Part shown: piece after piece, positions 1-8,107 of the stretch | Numbering within the stretch: position 1 is the stretch's first letter | How the letters are laid out: each line of letters begins with the position of its first letter | Virus record (IMG/VR): IMGVR_UViG_3300042510_000354 | Span: 48,418 to 68,417 of that record | Reading direction: 5' to 3' (one strand) | DNA: 20,000 nucleotides | Origin: an uncultured virus (IMG/VR IMGVR_UViG_3300042510_000354) | Lineage: Duplodnaviria; Heunggongvirae; Uroviricota; Caudoviricetes | Translations under genes and position numbers: made by a program | The notes under the pieces: generated by a model | Told to the model about the DNA's origin: nothing | Database searches by the model: none | Seen by the model: only the letters and a program-made list of their open reading frames with translations

Positions 1-1
1 T

Positions 2-1114
2 ATGGTAGAGGGTCCATACCAACGATTTGAGTATGTACAACCAGACCTAGGTAATATTGATTCAGTAAAATTATATTTACATAAGATCGGTTGGGAACCT
101 GACGATTGGAATTGGAAGAAACAAGGTAATGAGTTTATCAAAGTATCTGAAAAGTTAACTACTAGTTCACTAGAGAAGTTAGGTGAAGTAGGGATGCTAA
201 TTGATAAGTATTATACTACTAGATCTAGACACTCTATATTGTCTGGATGGTTGGAGTCTTTAGATGAGAATAACAGATTACATGGTAGTTGTTTTACTAT
301 CTCTACTCCAACTGGTCGTGCTAGACATAGTGGTATTGTCAATGTTCCAGGTGCTGATTCCGAATGGGGTCCAGATATTCGTAAATTATTTATGGCTAGT
401 CCTGGGTATGCAATTATTGGCGCTGACTCTTCTGGTAATCAATTTAGAGCTTTATGTCATTATCTAAAAAATGATGAATATACTAATGAAGTTTTAAATG
501 GAGATGTGCATCAAAAGAATGCAGATGTATTAACAGCTGTAATGACAGAAGAACAATCTAGGTTTCCTAAAATTATTAAGGACCCTACTGTATCTCGTAA
601 ATTAGCAAAGCCATTCATTTATGCTTATTTGTTTGGTGCTGGTGGTGAGAAGGTTTCTTTAATCTTAACTGGTGTTCGTAATGCTAAACTTGGTAATAAG
701 ATTAAAGCTGAGTTTGCAAAACGTATTCCAGGACTAGATTCATTGATTAAGCGTATTAATGCTGTTTATAACCAAACAGAGTTACGTGGCAGTCCTTGGA
801 TTCCTGCACTTGATGGTAGAAAGATTCCCTGTGAATCTGCTCATAAGTCTCTCAATTATCTATTACAGAGTTGTGAAGCTATTACATGTAAAGCAGCTAC
901 TGCTCTTACTTATGTTAGACTCCAAGAGGAGAACATACCATTCAATCCATTGATATTTTATCATGATGAGATTGAATTTGAAGTTCCTAGTGAATATGCC
1001 GAGAGAGCTTCTGCAATTGCTAAGAAAGCTTTTCAAGATGGTCCAAAGCTATTCGGTGTAGAAATTATGGATGGTGAATCTAAAATTGGTAATAATTGGT
1101 ATGATGTTCATTAA
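2..1114 (+). CDS. polA: Family A (T7-type) DNA polymerase, C-terminal polymerase domain; 5' end probably outside the window
   Basis: TPTGRARH, motif A IGADSSGNQFR, motif B RKLAKPFIYAYLFG, LNYLLQS, motif C FYHDEI; frame open from the window edge. Confidence 0.95.
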   Translation: MVEGPYQRFEYVQPDLGNIDSVKLYLHKIGWEPDDWNWKKQGNEFIKVSEKLTTSSLEKLGEVGMLIDKYYTTRSRHSILSGWLESLDENNRLHGSCFTISTPTGRARHSGIVNVPGADSEWGPDIRKLFMASPGYAIIGADSSGNQFRALCHYLKNDEYTNEVLNGDVHQKNADVLTAVMTEEQSRFPKIIKDPTVSRKLAKPFIYAYLFGAGGEKVSLILTGVRNAKLGNKIKAEFAKRIPGLDSLIKRINAVYNQTELRGSPWIPALDGRKIPCESAHKSLNYLLQSCEAITCKAATALTYVRLQEENIPFNPLIFYHDEIEFEVPSEYAERASAIAKKAFQDGPKLFGVEIMDGESKIGNNWYDVH

Positions 1115-1126
1115 TAAGGAAATAAT

Positions 1127-1324
1127 ATGAGCAAAAATGTTAGTAGTATTGGTCGTAGAGGTATCCATACAGTTGGAGCAGATAATATTAATGTAAATAT
1201 AGATCCAAATAAAGCAGCTAATTTTTATAAAAGTTTAGTTGATGAAAAGATTGCAAATAACGGTTTAAAACTATTAAAGCATAAACCTCTTTGGTCTACA
1301 GGTAAAAGTAAAATTAAATTTTGA
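1127..1324 (+). CDS. Hypothetical protein (65 aa)
   Basis: AAGGA RBS upstream of ATG; fills the gap between polA and the nucleotidyltransferase. Confidence 0.7.
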   Translation: MSKNVSSIGRRGIHTVGADNINVNIDPNKAANFYKSLVDEKIANNGLKLLKHKPLWSTGKSKIKF

Positions 1325-1332
1325 AAGAAAAT

Positions 1333-1917
1333 ATGACTAAGTCTAATTTAGTAAAATTTATTGAAGCACAAAAAGCATGTGCTAATGCAGTATTAAACAT
1401 GTTGCACATGGTAGACCCAGATTCTTGTATCTTAGGTGGAGCACCACGAGACTGGGCATTAGGTAACCCTGCAAAGGATTTAGATATCTATATTCATGGG
1501 TATCCTAATGAGTCTAGAGATAGTATCAAAGACAGGATATCACAAGCATTAGAGCTTCAAGCTGATGAATTAGAAGATGTAACAAATAATTCTTATTATA
1601 CACATAGTTTAGATAATGGAGTTGTTGGTGTATTAAACGTAAAAAATTGTTTTATGCCAATTCAAATTGTATTATGTGATAGACAACCAATTGAGATGTT
1701 AAACACATTTCATGGCAGTTTGTCTAAAGCTTCTTATACTCGTGGTTATTATTGGGATTATTTAACTAATTCGGAAGATTATGAATTAGACACTAGTGTA
1801 GAGTTTGACATTAGTAAAGAATTCAAAGTTCATTTAATTAGAAAGAATGATGATCCAAAGTATATAGCTAAAATTAAAGCTAAATACCCTGAATTTACAC
1901 ACATACACGAATCATGA
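1333..1917 (+). CDS. Nucleotidyltransferase, CCA-adding/poly(A) polymerase head-domain type (start ATG 1333 or TTG 1321)
   Basis: ILGGAPRD...KDLDIYI matches the class II NTase GGxxRD...DxD signature; only about 195 aa, so the body/tail domains are absent. Confidence 0.8.
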   Translation: MTKSNLVKFIEAQKACANAVLNMLHMVDPDSCILGGAPRDWALGNPAKDLDIYIHGYPNESRDSIKDRISQALELQADELEDVTNNSYYTHSLDNGVVGVLNVKNCFMPIQIVLCDRQPIEMLNTFHGSLSKASYTRGYYWDYLTNSEDYELDTSVEFDISKEFKVHLIRKNDDPKYIAKIKAKYPEFTHIHES

Positions 1918-2405
1918 ACATTTTTTATTTAGACAAAAACCAAACAGAATGTGCTAAGGCTCACTATGATTCTCATGTAGTAAAGATGATTCTTGAGTCA
2001 GCACAGTTATTATCTACCGCCCATCATCTAGTTGGTAATGGTGGGCCTTACAAAAAGACACATGACAATCATCCTTCTGCTGTTTGGGTTCGTAGTAGTA
2101 TTAAGCATTATATGTGGCTTTATATTCTTATGGAAGAACTTGGTAAAGAGTATACTCACCGATTTGGAAAAATACATAAAACTATTTTAGATCATTCAGC
2201 TACACTTGCTAGTTTTCCAAGGGACATTAAAGCAGATGACTGGCAAGATCCTCCTTTAGCCATGCCAGATCATTGTAAATTAAATGATGCAGTTGAATCA
2301 TATCGAAATTATTATTTAACTGAAAAGATAAACTTAATGCGATACACAAATAGAAATGCACCCTCATGGTTACAAAAGAAGATCGCTACGATTCCCTGTA
2401 TTTAG
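1914..2405 (+). CDS. Pyrimidine-dimer DNA glycosylase / T4 endonuclease V-like protein
   Basis: MNIFYLD...HVVKMILESAQLLSTAH...YKKTHDNHPSAVWVR...EYTHRFGKIH...AVESYRNYY is typical of the DenV-like family. Confidence 0.8.
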   Translation: MNIFYLDKNQTECAKAHYDSHVVKMILESAQLLSTAHHLVGNGGPYKKTHDNHPSAVWVRSSIKHYMWLYILMEELGKEYTHRFGKIHKTILDHSATLASFPRDIKADDWQDPPLAMPDHCKLNDAVESYRNYYLTEKINLMRYTNRNAPSWLQKKIATIPCI

Positions 2406-2779
2406 ATCTTGCTAAAAGAATAGCACTAATGTCTCATGCTGAGAAGCGTAAGGTTGGTGCTATTGCAGTAAAAAATAATAATATTCTCAGCTTTGGTTTT
2501 AATGGGACCCCAACAGGTTTCCCTAATAAATGTGAAGATGATTATAATAAAACACTATCCTATGTAATTCATGCTGAAGCAAATTTAGTCTCTAAGGCTG
2601 CTGCAGAAGGTTTGAGTTTAAAGGGATCAACAGTATATGTGACAACTGCTCCTTGTGACAATTGTTCACTGCTACTAATCCAATCTGGCGTTGAAAGAGT
2701 AATATTTTCAGACAGATATAAAACTGATTCAGGTATTTTAACATTAATTCACAGTAATATAAGAGTACAACAAAAATGA
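2366..2779 (+). CDS. dCMP deaminase
   Basis: KVGA, GFNGTPTG, HAEAN and TTAPCDNC Zn-deaminase motifs. Confidence 0.9.
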   Translation: MVTKEDRYDSLYLDLAKRIALMSHAEKRKVGAIAVKNNNILSFGFNGTPTGFPNKCEDDYNKTLSYVIHAEANLVSKAAAEGLSLKGSTVYVTTAPCDNCSLLLIQSGVERVIFSDRYKTDSGILTLIHSNIRVQQK

Positions 2780-2964
2780 AAAAATCATTAGTATACAGAG
2801 TTCCATCGGCAACATATACTTATCCTCGTGGCGATAAGTATTTATATCTTAGCTTTGTAGATCGTCCTACAATTATTAAGTATAAAGTTCGTAATAAAGT
2901 TGGCAAGAAACTACTAGCTCGAGTTAAGAAATATGGCTTTGAGAAAGTAACCTACCCAGTATGA
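2776..2964 (+). CDS. Small basic hypothetical protein
   Basis: ATGA overlaps at both ends; Lys/Arg-rich. Confidence 0.65.
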   Translation: MKKSLVYRVPSATYTYPRGDKYLYLSFVDRPTIIKYKVRNKVGKKLLARVKKYGFEKVTYPV

Positions 2965-3665
2965 TAGCATTAGTAGACGGAGACGTTTTACTATATCAGT
3001 CTATTTGGGATACTGAAAACGTAGAAGAAGCTAAGATTAAATTAGACATAGTTCTTCAAGAAGTTATTGAAAACACCTTTTGCACTGATTATCTCATTGC
3101 AATTGGTGGTCTAAATAATTGGAGAGAAGAGTTTTTTAAAGAATATAAAAGAAGTGCATCTAGGTTAGCATCTAAGAAAAATAGGGCTGAATATTTTGAT
3201 GAACTCAAAGAATGGTTTTGTAATCATCCTAATGCTGTAGTTGCTCACGGATTTGAGGCAGATGACTTAATTCGAATTTGGGCGGTAGAAGCGACTAGGG
3301 ATAATGATCCGTTTGTAGTATGTACAATAGACAAAGATCTAGATTGTATTCCTGGTAAACATTTTAAACCAGGAAAGGATGAACATTATGAAGTAGATGA
3401 GGAATCAGCTGATATACACTATTGGAAACAAATTCTAATGGGTGATGCAGTAGATAATATTCCTGGACTACCTAAAATCGGGCCAGTAAAGGCTTTAAAG
3501 ATTTTAGAAGGCTGTGATAATAATAATAAAAGAAAGGCAGCAGTAATAAATGCTTACAAACAACAATATGGCGACCAGTGGAAACCTTATTTACTTGCCA
3601 ATGGCAGGTTGATCCACATCTGGCGCTATATAAATGACCACTTCCAAATTAAAGAAGAAGGATAA
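2961..3665 (+). CDS. 5'-3' exonuclease (T7 gp6 / FEN-like)
   Basis: ALVDGD, YK..R, EADD, IDKDL, GDAVDNIPG acidic motifs and H3TH segment. Confidence 0.9.
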   Translation: MIALVDGDVLLYQSIWDTENVEEAKIKLDIVLQEVIENTFCTDYLIAIGGLNNWREEFFKEYKRSASRLASKKNRAEYFDELKEWFCNHPNAVVAHGFEADDLIRIWAVEATRDNDPFVVCTIDKDLDCIPGKHFKPGKDEHYEVDEESADIHYWKQILMGDAVDNIPGLPKIGPVKALKILEGCDNNNKRKAAVINAYKQQYGDQWKPYLLANGRLIHIWRYINDHFQIKEEG

Positions 3666-4080
3666 TGGGCACTGGGAATTTACTGAACAACTAGATCATG
3701 AAAATGCTTTTGGATTTATTTATTTAATTAAAGATAAAAAGAATGGTATGATGTATATTGGTAAAAAGATGTTTAAAGGGAATGGTAAACTTAATAAAGG
3801 TAAACCAAGCAATTGGAGAATCTATACTAGTTCCTCTAAAGACATCAATGCACTAATAGAAGAAAATGGCATAGACTCATTTGAATTCCACGTATTAGAG
3901 CAGTATTACACCAGAGGAGGTTTAAGTTGGGCAGAAACATGGTCTCAATGTTTTGTAGAAGTTCCAACTAATAATCATATCTGGTATAATAGGTTCATTG
4001 ATAAAGTACAATGGCGCTCTTCTGAAACAGTATCTCTCAGACATCGTAAAAGATTAAATAAATTAGCAGGATTAAAATAA
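3634..4080 (+). CDS. GIY-YIG-like endonuclease
   Basis: FGFIYLI...MYIGKK followed by W..YTSS and a conserved Glu/Asn region (WAET, WYN). Confidence 0.7.
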   Translation: MTTSKLKKKDNGHWEFTEQLDHENAFGFIYLIKDKKNGMMYIGKKMFKGNGKLNKGKPSNWRIYTSSSKDINALIEENGIDSFEFHVLEQYYTRGGLSWAETWSQCFVEVPTNNHIWYNRFIDKVQWRSSETVSLRHRKRLNKLAGLK

Positions 4081-4256
4081 TGAAATTAATTGGTTTTATG
4101 CTTGGTTTTTGTTCAATGCTTGTAATATTAACACAATCAGTTAACTTATTAACAGGTGCAGAGCAATGGACTTCAGCAGACTTTTTATTAGTCTCTATAG
4201 CATTAAGTTTTGTGTCAACAGCTTGTTTTGCAGCTAACAATGTAATTAATAAATAA
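4080..4256 (+). CDS. Small two-TM membrane protein, 58 aa (not in ORF track)
   Basis: Translated by hand: MKLIGFMLGFCSMLVILTQSVNLLTGAEQWTSADFLLVSIALSFVSTACFAANNVINK; TAATG overlap with the upstream stop; ends 1 nt before the primase ATG. Confidence 0.75.
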   Translation: MKLIGFMLGFCSMLVILTQSVNLLTGAEQWTSADFLLVSIALSFVSTACFAANNVINK

Positions 4257-4257
4257 A

Positions 4258-5889
4258 ATGGGAAAAATAGTTGTAAAGGATCAACCTTGCCTAAGTGAAG
4301 ACTGTGGTAGTAGTGATGCTAGACAGATATACGAGGATAGAACCTCATATTGTTTTTCATGTAGTGGTTGGTTTCCAGATCAAAGTAAGGATTCTCTAGT
4401 GACAACTAAGAAGGAAAATTATGGCACTGAAACATTAGAAGAAATTTCTAGTTACGCTATAAGAGGTTTTGCTGACCGCAAGATCACAAAGAAAATTGCA
4501 GAGCACTTTAATATAAGGGTTACAGTAAATGAAAAAGGTGATGTGGATACACATTATTACCCATATGGTATTAATGAAATTACAGGATATAAGAAACGGA
4601 TTCTCCCTAAAGACTTCACAGTTGTCGGAAAAATTAAAAGTCTTTTTGGACAAATGCAAGCGGGTAATGGGGGTAAACAGTTAGTAATTACTGAAGGTGA
4701 GATTGATGCATTAACTGTATCACAGGCTTGGTTCGATAAATATGAAAAGATTTATCCAGTAGTTTCTATACCATCAGCAAGTCAAACTAGTATCTTATTG
4801 AGTAATAGAGATTGGTTACGTAGTTTTGATTCAGTAGTTATTTGGTTTGACAATGATGAGCCAGGAAAAGAAGCTGCTGATCGTGCTGCTAAGATTATTG
4901 GTTTTGACAAAGTTAAAATTGTTAAGAACACTAAGTTAAAAGATGCCAATGAACTTTATTTAAAAGAAGGGCATATGGCAGTCTTATCTCAAGTTTGGGA
5001 TGCTCAAGCTTGGAGTCCAGTTGGCATTGTTAACTCAGCGGATACTTGGGATTTATACAAGGCCGAATCAGAGATTGATTATGTACCTTGGCCTGAATTT
5101 GCTGTAGATCTTAATAAAAAGATTTATGGTAGATGTTTAGGCTCTATTACTGTACTTTGCTCAGGTACTGGTATGGGTAAGAGTTCTTTTCTAAAAGAAG
5201 ATCAATATCATTTACTTCAAACAACAAATGAAAAGATTGGCATTTGTTCTTTAGAAGAAAGTGTGTCTGAGACAGTTGAGGGTATTATGGCTTTACACTT
5301 AAATAAGCGTATTCAATTACCTGATGTTGAAGTTACTGAGGATGAAGAAAAGAATGCTTGGGCTGAAACTATGGGTACAGGTCGCATAATGTTCTTAGAT
5401 CATCAAGGTTCAATGGGAGATGATTCTCTAATTGATAAAATGGAATTCATGGCTTTAAGTGGATGTAAATTTATTTATCTTGATCACATTACTATTGCAG
5501 TATCAGATGCTGAAGATAATGATGTTAATCGAGCTACAGATAAACTTATGTCAGACCTACTAAAGCTAGCCAAGCGTCATGGGATATGGCTTGGTGTTGT
5601 TAGTCATTTAAGAAAAACAAACAATAATCAAAAATCTTTTGAAGAGGGTGCTGTACCTTCAGATGATGATTTAAAAGGTTCTGGTTCTCTAAAGCAAATT
5701 GGTGCTCAACTAATTGCTATTAGTAGGAATAAACTTGAAGCAGACCCTGTGCAGAGGCACACTAGTAAGCTTTGGGTACTAAAAGATAGATGGACTGGCA
5801 GAACTGGTCCTATGGGTCAATATAGATTTATTGAAGACACTGGTAGATTGATTAATGCAAGTAATAGTTTTGAGGATCTTACTATATGA
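4258..5889 (+). CDS. DNA primase-helicase (T7 gp4-like)
   Basis: Zn-binding CLSEDC...CFSC, TOPRIM ITEGEID and FDND, Walker A GTGMGKS, LDHIT, SHLRK, DLKGSGS. Confidence 0.95.
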   Translation: MGKIVVKDQPCLSEDCGSSDARQIYEDRTSYCFSCSGWFPDQSKDSLVTTKKENYGTETLEEISSYAIRGFADRKITKKIAEHFNIRVTVNEKGDVDTHYYPYGINEITGYKKRILPKDFTVVGKIKSLFGQMQAGNGGKQLVITEGEIDALTVSQAWFDKYEKIYPVVSIPSASQTSILLSNRDWLRSFDSVVIWFDNDEPGKEAADRAAKIIGFDKVKIVKNTKLKDANELYLKEGHMAVLSQVWDAQAWSPVGIVNSADTWDLYKAESEIDYVPWPEFAVDLNKKIYGRCLGSITVLCSGTGMGKSSFLKEDQYHLLQTTNEKIGICSLEESVSETVEGIMALHLNKRIQLPDVEVTEDEEKNAWAETMGTGRIMFLDHQGSMGDDSLIDKMEFMALSGCKFIYLDHITIAVSDAEDNDVNRATDKLMSDLLKLAKRHGIWLGVVSHLRKTNNNQKSFEEGAVPSDDDLKGSGSLKQIGAQLIAISRNKLEADPVQRHTSKLWVLKDRWTGRTGPMGQYRFIEDTGRLINASNSFEDLTI

Positions 5890-6089
5890 TGAGATATTCT
5901 GTATTTGCTTTTGATCACTCTAGTAAAAAATATAATGAGTATATCTATGAAAATAGTAAAGAATGTGAGGCAGCTCTTGAAAGCTTTACGGAGTTTGATA
6001 TTACTGCCTTTATATGTATTTCAGATGAGTCGATGGAGGGTATGATAGCAGAAGTGTTATTACGCCCTGGTGCTTGCTTTAACGCTTAA
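5886..6089 (+). CDS. Hypothetical acidic protein
   Basis: GAGG RBS; ATGA overlap with the primase-helicase stop. Confidence 0.65.
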   Translation: MMRYSVFAFDHSSKKYNEYIYENSKECEAALESFTEFDITAFICISDESMEGMIAEVLLRPGACFNA

Positions 6090-6103
6090 TAATAAAAATA
6101 ATA

Positions 6104-8107
6104 ATGAAATACTACGATATTGAAATTGATTTAGATAAAGATAAACTTTTAACAGATTATGCCTTTGACATGGTACTAGAGTTCTATGCAAAAGATAATG
6201 AAAAATCTCCACAGGAAGTTTATGCTAGAGCTTGTCGTGCTTGGAGCACATTTAAAGGTCAAACAGATTTAGAGTTAGCTCAAAGACTGTATGACTATAT
6301 CTCAAACAAATGGTTTATGTTTGCCTCACCTGTATTATCGAATGCTCCCGATATTAATGGTAAAGGTAAAGGAATGCCAATCTCTTGCTTTTTAACTTAT
6401 GTTCCTGATACTGTCTCTGGTCTTATTGATCATAGTTCTGAAATTCGTTGGTTATCCGTCATGGGCGGAGGGGTCGGAGGTCATTGGTCTGACATCCGTA
6501 GTGTATCTGACATTGCTCCTGGGCCTATACCTTTCTTAAGCACAATTGATGCTGATATGACTGCTTATAGGCAGGGTAAAACTAGAAAGGGATCTTATGC
6601 TGCATATCTCGATATTGATCATCCTGATATTCTTGAATTTATTAGTATTCGTGTTCCCACAGGTGATAACAATCGTAAATGTCTTAACTTACATAACGCT
6701 GTTAATATCACTGATAATTTCATGGAAGCTGTCAAAGAAGGTAGAACATATGAGCTTGTTGATCCAAAGAAAGGACCAACAGGCGAATCCCTTGATGCTA
6801 GAAAAGTATTTATCAAGTTATTGGAAACTCGCTTCCGTACAGGTGAGCCTTACCTTAACTTCATTGATACTGTTAATGACGCATTACCTATTCAATTAAA
6901 GGAAAAAGGTTTAAAAGTACATGGTAGCAACCTCTGTAATGAAATTCATTTACCTACGAATGAAGATCGTACAGCAGTATGTTGTTTAAGCTCTGTTAAT
7001 CTAGAACACTATGACCAATGGAAACATACATCAATGGTCAAAGATTTAGTAACAATGCTTGACAACGTACTAGAATATTTTATTGAGAATGCTCCAGACA
7101 GTCTTAGTAGGGCAGTATATAGCGCTACTCAAGAAAGATCTATTGGTGTTGGAGCAATGGGTTTTCATAACTTGTTACAGAGTAGAATGATACCTTTTGA
7201 AAGTAACGATGCATCCAAGCTAAACATTGAAATATTTGATTATATTAAAAATCAAGCAAAAGAGATCTCTGGCGCTTTAGCTGAAAGTCGTGGACCTGCT
7301 CCAGATATGTCTCCAGTAATGGTAAGGCATTCACATTTACTAGCAGTAGCCCCTAATGCTTCTTCTGGTATTCTGTTAAGTACTTCTCCTAGTATTGAAC
7401 CTAATAAGGCTAATGCATATACACATCGTACTCGTGCAGGATCTTTCTTAGTTAAAAACAAATATCTTGAAAAGTATTTAGATAAGATTCAACATAATAC
7501 AAATGAAGTATGGGCTAATATTATTACTAGTGGTGGATCTGTGCAACATTTGCCATTCTTAGAAGATAGTATAAAAGATGTGTTTAAAACTAGCTTTGAG
7601 TTAGATCAAAGTTGGGTTATTAAACATGCTTCAGATAGACAAAAGTATGTTTGTCAAGGCCAATCTGTTAACTTATTTTTCCCTGCAGGAGCAGAAAAGA
7701 AATATGTTAAAGATGCACATATCTTAGCTTGGGAATCTGGTTTAAAAGGTTTGTATTATCTCCGTACAGAAGCTAAAGTTCGTGCTGAAAATGTCTCAGA
7801 AAAAGTTAAAGAAGATAAATTAAAATATGATAAAACAACAATCATATATGGTAAACCAAATTGTCCAAATTGTGAGATGGCTAAAGCTTTGTTAAATTCA
7901 AAGAGTATTTCATTTGACTATATTGATATTGTAGCTTTAGGCAAAACAGCAGCTGAAGTTACTGGTCGTGATGATGTTAGATCGTTACCACAAATTTATT
8001 TAGACGGAGAGTATATCGGTGGATTTGATAAACTATATGCTCATTTCCAAACATTAACAAACGCAGTAGAGGCAGAAGACAATGAATGCAAAGCTTGTGA
8101 AGGATAA
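6104..8107 (+). CDS. nrdA: Class Ia ribonucleotide reductase alpha subunit with internal glutaredoxin domain; no ATP cone
   Basis: ISCF, SNLCNEI, AVCCLSS, APNASS, GLYYLRT, then Grx motifs CPNC / SLPQIY / YIGGFD, then terminal CKAC. Confidence 0.95.
   Translation: MKYYDIEIDLDKDKLLTDYAFDMVLEFYAKDNEKSPQEVYARACRAWSTFKGQTDLELAQRLYDYISNKWFMFASPVLSNAPDINGKGKGMPISCFLTYVPDTVSGLIDHSSEIRWLSVMGGGVGGHWSDIRSVSDIAPGPIPFLSTIDADMTAYRQGKTRKGSYAAYLDIDHPDILEFISIRVPTGDNNRKCLNLHNAVNITDNFMEAVKEGRTYELVDPKKGPTGESLDARKVFIKLLETRFRTGEPYLNFIDTVNDALPIQLKEKGLKVHGSNLCNEIHLPTNEDRTAVCCLSSVNLEHYDQWKHTSMVKDLVTMLDNVLEYFIENAPDSLSRAVYSATQERSIGVGAMGFHNLLQSRMIPFESNDASKLNIEIFDYIKNQAKEISGALAESRGPAPDMSPVMVRHSHLLAVAPNASSGILLSTSPSIEPNKANAYTHRTRAGSFLVKNKYLEKYLDKIQHNTNEVWANIITSGGSVQHLPFLEDSIKDVFKTSFELDQSWVIKHASDRQKYVCQGQSVNLFFPAGAEKKYVKDAHILAWESGLKGLYYLRTEAKVRAENVSEKVKEDKLKYDKTTIIYGKPNCPNCEMAKALLNSKSISFDYIDIVALGKTAAEVTGRDDVRSLPQIYLDGEYIGGFDKLYAHFQTLTNAVEAEDNECKACEG

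Noticed and set aside
264..953. Alternative-frame + strand ORFs 264-467 and 759-953
   Set aside because: Nested inside polA, no RBS or motifs; off-frame by-products
4037..4659. Minus-strand ORFs 4037-4240 and 4435-4659
   Set aside because: Antisense shadows of the + strand membrane ORF and the primase; every supported gene is on +
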